A stretch of DNA of 63,765 nt, counting the filler, from Chrysochromulina tobinii (lineage: Eukaryota): assembly GCA_001275005.1 (NCBI GenBank). It is 5 parts of 5 records of this genome, joined end to end, with 100 filler letters (N's around TTAATTAATTAA, not from the genome) between each part and the next. Parts side by side here need not be neighbours in the genome. Positions count along the whole stretch, not along the records: positions 1 to 18,404 come from JWZX01001197.1; positions 18,505 to 30,456 come from JWZX01001199.1; 3 more parts are not named here. One strand, 5' to 3'. Below, in pieces: positions 9,703 to 20,090 of this stretch. The translations under genes were made by a program, and so were the position numbers. Numbering within the stretch: position 1 is the stretch's first letter; every line of letters starts with the position of its first letter. The notes under the pieces are model-generated. The model had not been told where the DNA came from. It did no database searches and was given only the letters and a program-made list of their open reading frames with translations.

Positions 9703-10469
9703 CGATGACCCTTACGGCATCTCAAGTGCACCAGCCAGTCCCAGTGCCGGTACAGACGCGGACAGACCGGTAACTTCAGCACAGTACCCATTCACAGTAC
9801 GCAGCAGTGTGTACTGGAGGAGTACACCTCATCAACACGCGGACGAGCGCGCAGCGGCCCAGCGCGGGCTGTCACGCAAGGCGCAACATAGGTACGCTTA
9901 CCATTTTCGTAACTTAGATAGCTTGCACACCAGTCAAGCGCGCCCCGCCACACCTCAGGCGCACGCTTGGGAATGTGTTGGCATTCAGCTGTGGTTTCTA
10001 TGGTTTCTGTTTCGTGTACATGTTCACGAGGGAAAGCCGTTCGCGCCTACGCGGCGCTTTTTCTCACACGTCAATGAAGTGGCTCATAACGCGTCCGCCA
10101 CAGATGCGATGGCCTGCATAAAGGCCGCGACGCTCTCCTCCTTCTCTACTTCCAGAGCTGCCGCCTCCGCCTCCACCAGGCTTCTCCATTCGACGATGTC
10201 CATGAAGCGGCGGGGATCTTTCGCGTCACGATGCACGGTGCGTTTTAGCTTCCCGAGTAGACAGAAATGCATCCATCGCTGCGGACGCTGCGGCAAGGTG
10301 CGAGAGGTCTCTCTCGTGCACGACGTAAACGACGACCTCCTTCACGACCATGTTGACTCTGACCGAAGGTCGACTCCCTCGACTCCCCGCATTATGAATT
10401 CATTATGAATACACCTCGGCGATTTGCTGAGAAACAGTCCAAAAAGAGAAGGGATGGCAATTCACAGCA

Positions 10470-12247
10470 ATGCGAGTCTGGTCGTCGAGATGCCTCCTGC
10501 TAGACTGGGTGATTGCATGGAGAGTGCTGCCGTCTATAGCTACGACGGCGCTACGAGAGCAGCCCTGCCAGCCCGACGCTGCCGAACGCCGGCAGGTGGC
10601 AGAGCAGAGTCGTTCACACGTTGCACGCTGGCAAGCTCATGGCCACGTGTGCAGCATTGGCGATCATGACTGTCGGCCATTGCTCGACGTGGTGCCCGCG
10701 GGCAGGCATGCTGGCCACGACGATGTGGATGACGGGCGCTCAACTGTATGCGCGGCCTCGCGTCGCTGTGCTCGGCGGGGCCGGCTCCCGCGCATCTTCG
10801 TGTACGACTGCATGGACAGCGCCCACGAGCGTCTGCTCCGCTCGCCGCATGTGAGAAGCACGACGGCTGGCGCGCAGTGCATCGCCTCGTGCCCCTTCAG
10901 GCCAGCCCCAACGTCCACCACCTCTCTCCTGCGCCCAGCGAATCTACCGGCCAACGATCCCTGCTCGATTCGCGCTCGCCCATGTGCCCATTACGGCGCT
11001 CGGCCGTGTGCCCGCAGGTATCTGCCTTCTTCGATCCCGACCTCGCGCGCAATCAGTACCTGTCCGAGTACGCGCTGCACCGGGCGCTGCTGCACTCGCC
11101 GGCGCGCGTGCTCGACGCGGCCGCAGCTGACTTTTTCTACGTGCCCTTCTACGCTCGGCTTGCGTACGCGGACAAGGTCGCCTCGAAAACCGTGCGGCGC
11201 CTGCAGGCCAACCTGACGGACACGCTGGCTGCATGCCTGCGCGGCTCAGCGGCGTTCAGGCGCTCGGCGGGGCACGACCACCTGGTCGCGATCTCGTCCA
11301 CACGCGACCCGAAGAAGCTCTTCGGAGCGGCTTGGATGCTCCTGAAGCGTGCGATGCTCTTGCGCATTGAGGCCGCGCCTGACCGGCGCTATGAGCATCA
11401 GGGCAGCGGCCGTCGGCTCAGTCAAGGCGGCAGCAGCCGGCGAGCTCGGCGCGCAGCGAAGCGCACGAAGCGCGACAGCACGCCGCCGCTTCTCGTGTTG
11501 CCATACTATGTGCCCAACTTCGCCGACGATGAGAATGTGAGCAAGGCCAGCAAGACGAGCTCAGTCTGCTTCTTTGGGACGGCCACGAACCCAACGCGGC
11601 GCCAGGCGCTCGAGGCGCTGCGGGCGGTGCCCGGCGCGATGCTCCAGCTTGGCTCCAAGGCGCCCGGCATTGGCGGGAGCGAGAGCGAGCGTGAATCGGA
11701 GCGCCAACGGAACCAGGCGACGCGCCGCATGCTGCGACAGTGCAAGCTCTGCCTCGTACCTGCCGGGATCACAGGTGAGTGCTCTTGATTGCCTCGTGAT
11801 TGCCTCTTGATGGCCACTGATGGCCTCGTGCCCGCCGGGATCGCAGCGTCTTCGAGGCGCTTCTATGAGGCCCTGGTCGCCAAGTGCGTGCCGCTTCTCC
11901 TCGCCGATGCCTTTCAGCCCGCGTTCGCTGAGCTGCTGCCTCTCGAGCAGTATGCCGTGCGCGCAGCGCAGGATGATCCGGCGGCACTGCCCGCAGTCGT
12001 TGCCTCCGCCTTGGAGCGTTGGTCGCAGCTCTATGAGGGTGTCGAGGCCGCACGCAGCGCCTTCATCTACGACGGCGGTTGGCATCCGAGCGCACGCGCC
12101 TCGTGCGATGCGACGCAGGCCATCCTCGCCGAGCTTCAGGCGCGCTTTGCGCATCGAGCGGCGCAGGAGGACAGCCGCAAGAAATGCCTTGATGGGGGCA
12201 GACCATGGATCAATGCACCTGGAGCGGAGAAACTGCCCTGCCGTTAG
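10470..12247 (+). CDS. Exostosin-family (GT47) glycosyltransferase; 3 exons (10470-10850, 11018-11774, 11847-12247)
   Basis: LPRIFVYD, NQYLSEYALHRALL.SP.RV.D...ADFFYVPFY, GHDHL, CKLCLVPAG.T.SSRRFYEALVAKCVPLLLAD; GT-AG introns 10851-11017 and 11775-11846 join the frames. Confidence 0.85.
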
Positions 12248-12690
12248 AACTTAGATGCCGTGCACCCCAACGTAGACCGTACCGGCCCCGGTCGGGCGGG
12301 CTTTAGTGTTTAGAGCGATAGCAAAAACGGTTCGTAGCGCGGTTTCGTAGCCAGCGGGGGGCAGTCCCGTCCGGTCCAGTTGCGCATTATAAGACCTCTG
12401 ACGGTCGGTTTCTCGTTCTTGCCTCTTCGTAATTTTTTTAGAAGCGCGAACCCGAACGTGTAATAAACACAATACGGCCGAGCCTTCCGAGCGAATTATG
12501 GATCCGGGAGAAACTGGGCCAAGACGAACCTTGCTCGCGGGCTGTCCGAGTCCCGGTCATCACTCTCGCACGGCAGCATAGACCGGACTGCCGCGCCGAC
12601 GGCAGGCACCCCGACCGATGGCACCCCGCCTCAGTCCCACACTCCGCAAGCACCAGGTCGGGGCCGATCCCCACACACGCTTGTCATGAC

Positions 12691-15600
12691 TCATGCTATC
12701 GGGCCGCGGTCGCCATCGAACCGCTGGTAGGCCAGCAGGTACTCGGGGTAGATGTACTCCGAGTGGAAGACGATGTACTCGCGGTAGCGCGCGCCATTAT
12801 CCATGACGTCGGCAAGCAGCGAGTGGTGATGCACAGGCGGAGAGATGCCATGCACCGTACTCAGCTCGCGAAACGAGATTGGGAAGACGGGGCGACCATT
12901 GTCTGTGCTCTTTGCTCCCTGCCCATTCTGCTGCGTGCGCACTTGATGACCGAGCGCCACGCGGCACACGAGGATGTAGAAGACCTTGCCCTGGTGGCGC
13001 GCCCCGTGCGCGTACAGCCGCTTGTGCAACTCCGAGCTCCCATCGTACTGCGAATCTACCTTGGTGTACTGGTCATTCTTGCCCGCGTCCTCAGCCAGGT
13101 AGGAGCCCTCGCCGTATGCGGCTCCTGCGGCCGTGCCGGCAAAGCGCTCGTTCATGCCCGCGGAGAGGATGTTGATGAGCACGCCAGCGTTCGTACCGTG
13201 CATCAGGAAGGCCTCATTGACATCCACGCGAAGGTCGCCGGGTAGGGCGTCTGCTACGCGGCGTGTAAGCGGTGGTACGCCGCCCGCGGATGCCACGCCC
13301 CCCTGCCGGATGCGCTTCATGCCGTTCATCACCTCCTGCACGCCGACCATGTACTTCTCCCAAAGCACCCTGTTCTCGAGACGCCACGCGCACGCGAGCT
13401 TGAGCCGGTCGTGCGTGGTGCCCCTCCGATCGGCACCGCTCTGTTTCAGCTTCACTGGGTCGGTCTGTAGCAGCCGCTCGAGTGCGGCCCAAGTGCCCCG
13501 GTCGCGGCCAGTGCGGTCGAGGGCGATCGCAGCGAAGCCATCCGGCGAGCTATTCGCAATGTGCTTCTCCCAGTAGTCGGGCATGACGCGGGCCTTGGTG
13601 CGCGCGGTACGAAGCTCCTCGCGCTCCGTCCTGGCCTTGGCTTCTGCACGCTCCGCCTCGGCCTGTCTGTGCGCACACTCGCGCGCTACGCGCTCTTCCT
13701 CGGCGGTGAGCTTCTGCAGCTCTGCAGTGCGAGCCGCTGCGCTCTCAGAGAGCTGCTGCACTCTCTGCCGCTCTTGTTCGAGGCGGCGCTGCTCGCGCTG
13801 TATCTCGTTGCGCTTCGCCGCCGCATCGCGCTCGCTCTGCTGCGCTGCAATCTCAAGCGCCTCCTCCTGCTCCGCCTGCCTGCGACGCAGCTCGGCCTCC
13901 CGCCACGCCGCCTCGCGATGCAGACGCGCTGCCTCGCGCTCGACAGCAGCCATCTGCTGCGCCGCCTCGTGTGACGCCGCTGCGACCGTCTGCTGCGCCT
14001 GCATACTCGCCTCGGCCGCCGCCTGCTGCGCACGAGCACTCACCTCGAGCGCCGCGGCCGTGTCGAGGAATGCGTGCCGAAGCGTCTGGCTAGCGCTCAG
14101 TCGCCGCGCGAGGGCCTCTTCGTTGGTCGTCGCCACTGCGAGGAGGCTGTCGAGGAGTGACGTGAGGTGCTCATCGGCGAGCGTAGCTGCATCGCGCGAC
14201 CAGCGCGCGAGCTGCCGGCCGTCCTCCCCCGCGAAACGTCGCACTGCCTGCTGCTGCGCGCTCGCATCGGCTGGTAGGCAGCACGCGAAGAGGCAGCAGA
14301 CGCCGTAGGAGAACATGTCGCCCATCGCGGTGGGCTTGGCATCTCGCTCGCGGCCATCTCTGCTTGCCTGGAGGATCTCGGGCGCCACGTAGAGCTCGGT
14401 GAAGGCGTTGCTACCGCCCGTGCTCGCGCTCAGGCTGCTGCGCGTGGCCGTCGTGCGTTGGCGGCGCGCGGACTCGAAGTCGGCAAGGTGCGCCGTCGCG
14501 CGCTCTCCCTCGAGAGACACGAGTGTATTCTCAAGCTTGACGTCGCCGTGCGCGAGGCCGTGGCTGTGCACGTGGCGGAGCGCCTCGCACAGCTGCCCAA
14601 GCAGCGCCTTGCGTCGCCACACCTCGGGCGCCGTCTTGGTCAGCCACTGGAGCATGTCACCGCCATTGTAGTACGGAAGCTGCACGTAGGCCGCCGTGTG
14701 GTCTGGGGTCTCAAATACGGCCTGCACGTCGGCCACGTACGGGCAGCTGGCGAGTCGCCGCAGGACCGTGACCTCCTTGACGAGGGCCTTCCACTCGTCG
14801 CGACTGTCGAGCTTGTACTCCTTGAGCACGCACGCCTCGCCGTCGTAGCTCGCTCTCCAAACTTCGTGTCTCGCATCCTTGTCGCTCAGCCGAGCCTCGC
14901 GCTCATAGTGTGCCAGCTCGCGCTCGACGAGCACCGCGCGCACTTCATCCTCGTCGAGGCCGTCGGCCTTGCCCACGCGCAGCAGCACCTCGCGCGCGAA
15001 CAACTCGGGGAAGTGCGCCGACGCGAGCGTCGCCGCCTCGAAGCGCGCTTGGTGCAGTGCTTTCTCCGCGGCCTGCACGGCGCGGCGGGCGACCTTGAGA
15101 GCGGCCTGCGCGGGTGCGAGGTCGACGCCGTCCTCCCTGGCGTCCTCGAGGCCGCGCGTGCTGTCGCGCAGAGTGCGCTTCGCCTTCTTGAGCGCCTCGT
15201 GCTTCTCGTGCAGATCCTCCAGGCTGGGCGGCTCGCCGCTCACGTGGCGCCCAAAGTCCTCGCGCTCCTCGCGCACTCTGCCGATCTGCACAACCCACTC
15301 ATCGAGCGTGGGCAGAAGCACATCGCGCAGGCGCTCCAGCCGCAACCGCTTGGTGAGCGTGAGCTCGCGCTCAGCCTGCTGCTGCTGCAACGAGGCCGCC
15401 TCCTCCACCTTGTTCTGCCGCTGGTCCTCGGCACGGCGCTCCTCGTGCATGCTCAGCGCATCATCGAGCACACGGACCAAGGCGATGCGTGCCTCGTTTC
15501 GCACCTTGGTGGCTTCGAGCAGTGACTCTTCATCAACTGCTGCCGTCATGGCCACGAGGCGCACGAGGTCCTGCGCCTCGCGAAGCTGTGTGCGGGCCTC

Positions 15601-15786
15601 GTCCATCTTTGCCAGCGCCGTCTTCCAATTGTCAACATTGTCGAGCGTAGCGGTTGCAGCTGTAAGCCGGCTCCAGCTATAAGCCGCCGCGTCGGCTGCG
15701 CCCTCCTTGGTGAGGCGAAAGGAGGCGCGCGAGAGGGCCGCGGCGATCTCGGCGCTGTTGCGCTCAGCGTTGTCGGGCATGTTCAC
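12691..15786 (-). CDS. Protein kinase-like domain + coiled coil + C-terminal PARP catalytic domain fusion
   Basis: Kinase motifs CVLKEY, HGDVKLEN, LADFES, YVAPE, GDMFSYG; PARP motifs NEAFLMHGT, GAAYGEGSYLAE, LVCRVALG, YREYIVF..EYIYPEYLLAYQ; single exon, 1031 aa. Confidence 0.85.
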   Translation of the reverse strand: MNMPDNAERNSAEIAAALSRASFRLTKEGAADAAAYSWSRLTAATATLDNVDNWKTALAKMDEARTQLREAQDLVRLVAMTAAVDEESLLEATKVRNEARIALVRVLDDALSMHEERRAEDQRQNKVEEAASLQQQQAERELTLTKRLRLERLRDVLLPTLDEWVVQIGRVREEREDFGRHVSGEPPSLEDLHEKHEALKKAKRTLRDSTRGLEDAREDGVDLAPAQAALKVARRAVQAAEKALHQARFEAATLASAHFPELFAREVLLRVGKADGLDEDEVRAVLVERELAHYEREARLSDKDARHEVWRASYDGEACVLKEYKLDSRDEWKALVKEVTVLRRLASCPYVADVQAVFETPDHTAAYVQLPYYNGGDMLQWLTKTAPEVWRRKALLGQLCEALRHVHSHGLAHGDVKLENTLVSLEGERATAHLADFESARRQRTTATRSSLSASTGGSNAFTELYVAPEILQASRDGRERDAKPTAMGDMFSYGVCCLFACCLPADASAQQQAVRRFAGEDGRQLARWSRDAATLADEHLTSLLDSLLAVATTNEEALARRLSASQTLRHAFLDTAAALEVSARAQQAAAEASMQAQQTVAAASHEAAQQMAAVEREAARLHREAAWREAELRRRQAEQEEALEIAAQQSERDAAAKRNEIQREQRRLEQERQRVQQLSESAAARTAELQKLTAEEERVARECAHRQAEAERAEAKARTEREELRTARTKARVMPDYWEKHIANSSPDGFAAIALDRTGRDRGTWAALERLLQTDPVKLKQSGADRRGTTHDRLKLACAWRLENRVLWEKYMVGVQEVMNGMKRIRQGGVASAGGVPPLTRRVADALPGDLRVDVNEAFLMHGTNAGVLINILSAGMNERFAGTAAGAAYGEGSYLAEDAGKNDQYTKVDSQYDGSSELHKRLYAHGARHQGKVFYILVCRVALGHQVRTQQNGQGAKSTDNGRPVFPISFRELSTVHGISPPVHHHSLLADVMDNGARYREYIVFHSEYIYPEYLLAYQRFDGDRGPIA

Positions 15787-15929
15787 TGCGGCGAAAGTTC
15801 AGTGTTAATACACACAACACGTACAGATCACGCGTGAATGCTGTGAACAGGCTTCGTACCGCCGTCCAGGTGCCTAACGGTTGACGGGAGTTTCAAGTTT
15901 GAACCCGTTGCCGCGCGACCAAGTTCAGT

Positions 15930-17627
15930 ATGGCGCTCTTGGCGCTGGGGCTGCTCCATCTCTCGCCAGCTCCACCCCGCTCTCTGATCTCCGGCTCGCA
16001 CCCGATGCATGCAGCCCGTGCGGCAGTCTCGGCAGTGCGCCAGCGCAGTTGCCATTGCTGTGCGAGCGCCACTCGCTCGGCGCGCGCCATCGACCTTGCG
16101 GAGCGGCATTGCAGCCCGGAGCCAGCGCGCTTTGCTGCACTGCGTGATGAGACGGCCCAACGCTGGCCTGGCGGCGCGCACATGGTGAGCGGTGCACAGC
16201 AGGGCCGGCTGCTGCACATGCTCGTGCGGCTCTCGCGCGCCTCGCGCGTGCTCGAGGTCGGCTGCTTCAGCGGCTATGCTGCAATGTGGATGGGGCTCGC
16301 GCTGCCTGCAGGCGGCAAGCTGCTGAGCCTCGAGCGCGACGAGCGCGCGGCGGCGGTGGCGAGGGCGCATCTGGCGTCAGCAGGGCTGAGCGATCGCGTG
16401 GAGGTGCGGCTAGGCGACGCGATGGACGCGCTCGAGGCGCTTCCCGGGCCGCGGTGCGGCGAGGCGCCGTTTGAGCTCATCTTCCTCGATGCGGACAAGA
16501 AGCGGAGCTGGGAGTACCTGGAGCTGATCGTGTCGCGCCAGCTACTCGCATCGCACGGGCTGCTCCTCATCGACAACGTGCTCTGGAAGGGCGAGGTGCT
16601 CGCCCGCCTCGACCCGGCCGCCGTGTGTGCGACTAGTGCCGCGGCCTCGAGCCTGACGCCCTCGGCGCGTCGTTCAATGGAGCTGCGCGATGCACTGCAT
16701 GCCTTCTCGACGCGGCTGGCGGCGGATGAGCGCATGGATCAGCTCCTACTGCCGCTGCGTGACGGCCTCACCTGGGCGCAGCACGCACCAGCCTCGGGCG
16801 CAAGCGAGGCCGCGTCCAGTGAGGATCCACGCGCATGGGATGCCACACATGAGGATAAGATGGCGGCGTACCTGCGCTTCGTAGGAAGCCCAGAGCCCTC
16901 AAAGCTTGCAGCCCTGCGCCAAGCGCTGGCAGCCGAGGCAGCGAGCGCCGCAGAAGAGACGGGATACGACTCTGCTGCTGCTGCGCAGGCAGCCGCGACG
17001 ACGAGGATCTCCCGAGGATCTCCCGAGGATCTCGCGAGGATCTCCCGCGAGTGGTGCGGCGTGCAGCAGGGCCGGCTGCTGCACATGCTCGTGCGGCTCT
17101 CGCGCGCCTCGCGCGTGCTCGAGGTCGGCTGCTTCAGCGGCTATGCCGCAATGTGGATGGGGCTCGCGCTGCCTGCAGGCGGCAAGCTGCTAAGCCTCGA
17201 GCGCGACGAGCGCGCGGCGGCGGTGGCGAGGGCGCATCTGGCGTCAGCAGGGCTGAGCGATCGCGTGGAGGTGCGGCTAGGCGACGCGATGGACGCGCTC
17301 GGGGCGCTTCCCGGGCCGTTTGAGCTCATTGTGATCTCCGCTGAGGCGCTTCAAGTGGTGCCAAGTGCGGAGGCGGCCATGCGGTGTGCACTCGCCAACC
17401 TCGCATCGCACGGGCTTGTAATTGTTGTGGCCCAGCCAGCGACAGTATCCGAGGACCCGACTATTCACGAGCATGCCCGGCAAGAGGATGCACCGAGGGG
17501 AGCTCTCGTGCCGATGCTGCTCAGCCTCGCGCGACAGGTGGAGCCAGCCGCGCACGCGGTGACGCTGCCCTCTCCGGACGGTGATGGTGGGGTCCTCACG
17601 CTCATCGGCCGGACGCTTGAGATGTAG
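15930..17627 (+). CDS. O-methyltransferase (Methyltransf_3, CCoAOMT/COMT-like) with tandemly duplicated domain; N-terminal signal/transit peptide
   Basis: QGRLLHMLVRLSRASRVLEVGCFSGY..., FELIFLDADK, GLLLIDNVLWKG, LPLRDGL; the second copy of the SAM-binding part starts at ~17064. Confidence 0.88.
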   Translation: MALLALGLLHLSPAPPRSLISGSHPMHAARAAVSAVRQRSCHCCASATRSARAIDLAERHCSPEPARFAALRDETAQRWPGGAHMVSGAQQGRLLHMLVRLSRASRVLEVGCFSGYAAMWMGLALPAGGKLLSLERDERAAAVARAHLASAGLSDRVEVRLGDAMDALEALPGPRCGEAPFELIFLDADKKRSWEYLELIVSRQLLASHGLLLIDNVLWKGEVLARLDPAAVCATSAAASSLTPSARRSMELRDALHAFSTRLAADERMDQLLLPLRDGLTWAQHAPASGASEAASSEDPRAWDATHEDKMAAYLRFVGSPEPSKLAALRQALAAEAASAAEETGYDSAAAAQAAATTRISRGSPEDLARISREWCGVQQGRLLHMLVRLSRASRVLEVGCFSGYAAMWMGLALPAGGKLLSLERDERAAAVARAHLASAGLSDRVEVRLGDAMDALGALPGPFELIVISAEALQVVPSAEAAMRCALANLASHGLVIVVAQPATVSEDPTIHEHARQEDAPRGALVPMLLSLARQVEPAAHAVTLPSPDGDGGVLTLIGRTLEM

Positions 17628-17798
17628 TCCACGCAAATGGACCCTCGCACGGTTCGCGTGATTGTTTTTTTGCATGCTTTCTTCTTTTGTTGCGGTTTCA
17701 GCCTCGTATCGCCAATCCCCAAACTAAGAAACTTAGATTGGCTTCGCTTGTTTCTGCGACCACGCCCCCGAAAAGCGAAAAGCTGAGGCGTATCCAAC

Positions 17799-18404
17799 AT
17801 GCCCGCCACCATGACGGGCTCGCCGAAGGGCTCGCCCGTTGGGGGCACCCAGCAGACGCATGCTAACAAGGCGAGCTTCAAGACAAACAAGTATTTGCAG
17901 GGGCTGCCCGAGTCCGAGGCCAAGCAGCGCGCACGCATGCTCAGCAAGGTGTCAGGGACAACAGGCGGAAAGAGCCGGCGGACAAAGACCCTTCTGGATG
18001 CATTCGGCAGGCCGACGGACGAGGGCTCGCTCGATGACTCGCGCCAGGAGGGTGGAACTGTCGGCGCGCTCTCGTCGTCCGGGACCGTGACCCAGGATCG
18101 CCGCAACAAGTTCGATAAGAAGTTTGACGAGGATCAAGCAGCGTGGCTGAATGACGACGACCGCAACAATGATGCGCTCTACCACCGCAACTTTGACGAC
18201 GGCTCGATGCACCTGTACAGCTCTGCCTTCCGCGACGGCAAGCCCGTCGACAACCACGGCAAGGAGATTGGTGGCATGGGAGCCAAAGCGATCACCGCGT
18301 ACAGACGGCACGACACGCAGAAAGGCACCCTTGAGGGCGAGTCCGCGACCTTCGTGCCCATCGGTGAGGACAATTCGACGCTGCGATACTTCGCGGCGAC
18401 CGTG
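17799..18404 (+). CDS. Hypothetical protein, N-terminal fragment (runs into spacer)
   Basis: Open frame from ATG to the contig end, with coding-like GC3 bias. Confidence 0.55.
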
Positions 18405-18504
18405 NNNNNNNNNNNNNNNNNNNNNNNNNNNNNNNNNNNNNNNNNNNNTTAATTAATTAANNNNNNNNNNNNNNNNNNNNNNNNNNNNNNNNNNNNNNNN
18501 NNNN
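18405..18504. other. Artificial contig spacer
   Basis: 44 N + TTAATTAATTAA + 44 N. Confidence 0.98.
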
Positions 18505-18850
18505 GAGTTTGTGGAGTTGATGGAGTTGATGGAGTTGGTGGTGTTGATTGAGTTGACGGCGGGCGCGGTGGAGTTGGTGGAGTTGGTGGAGTTCACGGCG
18601 GGCGCGGTGGAGTTGACCGCGGTGGAGTTGACGGCGGTGCAGTTGACCGCGGTGGAGTTGACCGCGGTGCAGTTGACCGCGGTGGAGTTGAACGCGGTGG
18701 AGTTGACGGCGGTGGAGTTGACGGCGGTGGAGTTGATGGCGGTGGAGTTGACGGCGGTGCAGTTGACGGCGGTGGAGTTGACCGCGGTGCAGTTGACCGC
18801 GGTGGAGTTAACGGCGGTGCAGTTGGCGGCGGTGGAGTTGACGGCGGTGG
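18505..18850. repeat. 15-bp coding tandem repeat (GCGGTGGAGTTGACG-like)
   Basis: About 17 copies grading into 9-bp GGAGTTGRT units. Confidence 0.9.
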
Positions 18851-19058
18851 AGCTCTCCTCGAGGTGCCGCCGCTTCAACTCGGGGTGGAGCGCGATGAGC
18901 CGCACCGTGTCCGAGTGCGCCCGACGAACATACGCGTCGCCGACCTCGTTGCTCAAGTGCCGCCCATGAAGCGGCGTATCGGTCACATCGGCCCAGTCGA
19001 TACTCGGCCGAAGCTCTGGCAGTACAAACGCCACTGCGACGAGAAGAGCGGAGATCAT
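18505..19058 (-). CDS. Secreted glycoprotein N-terminal fragment with N-S/C-T-A-V sequon repeats
   Basis: Signal peptide MISALLVAVAFVL; GRHLS/RRHLE processing-like motifs; (STAVN/CTAVN)n; truncated by spacer. Confidence 0.65.
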
Positions 19059-20090
19059 CTGTCCTGCGAAGTGACACTGCGAACACAACATGTAGCGCAC
19101 GCGATGAAGTCAGTGAGGAAGGGTAGCGGTCAAGAAGAAGGCGAAGACGTGCGCGCGTGAGAAAATACATGGCGCAACCCAGACATCCTGCTTGGGCCAT
19201 CAGGCTCGGGGCACCGCGCACATGCGATCTGATGCAGCGATCTGATACGTCGCCCTCTTGTGTTGTGCGCGGATCTTTTTGAGGTTCGGGTTGTTTCTTG
19301 TTCGTAATGAGACTGCGTTTGGGAGATTCCCATCCAAACTTGTCACGGGAAAATTGTGCATGCATCTTCCATTAACGAAACTTAAGGCACATACAAGGTC
19401 GTTGACACTTCAAGCTCACAATGGGCATGTCGCCGTTCTAAACCGCCCCCGTGCGGTACCCACCATACAATTGTAGCGTTAACGTGTACATGTGTGAATG
19501 TGAATGTGACTCTGTGTGTTAGAAACGCTGATCTCCCAAAACAAGCAAAGAGGGAAAAAGTCACACCTGACGTCGCTACACCATGACGTGACTCTGCGCG
19601 AAAATCTCGCTGCGAGAGCCGATCTCCTCGATCCTCATCCCCTCCAGGGGTGCACGGGCCAACACGCAACACCCCCCGGAACCGGTCACTTGGCCGCCAC
19701 ACGGGAACCGGCATCGGCCATCCGAACACTGCCCTCTCCAGCATGCTCCGTTGCGTGCGACATGTGCGCATCTCGCTTCGCCGCTCATGCATACTCATTC
19801 CGGTCCTTTACGTATCTCACGCCTCGACGTGCACACCTCGACGTCCTCATTTTGCTCTCACCATGGCTTCGGCTTCTTCGGCCGCCTGTAGCTGTACGCG
19901 CCGAGAATGGCATGGCACTATCCACAGCAACGCGCCTGGGTTCTTTCTTTCAAGGGGCGGCGCCATTCTTATGTCCTCCCAGAATTGCTCTCGTCTCATG
20001 CGCGGCTCTCCCACCCAACCGTATCCCAAGCCCATCCTCCTGTGCCACCCTCCCCCACAGCCGGTGCCGATCCCCGCCGCGAGCACGCGC

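Noticed and set aside
9703..10469. ORFs 9677-10408 (+) and 10084-10296 (-)
   Set aside because: No recognisable domain; insufficient support
17002..17050. GAGGATCTCCC x4 repeat in the O-methyltransferase as an intron
   Set aside because: No clear GT donor and the frame stays open; treated as a coding microrepeat
18405..18504. TTAATTAATTAA palindromes within N runs (also 30457-30556, 43855-43954, 59508-59607)
   Set aside because: Identical 100-nt artificial linkers with stops in all frames; not biological
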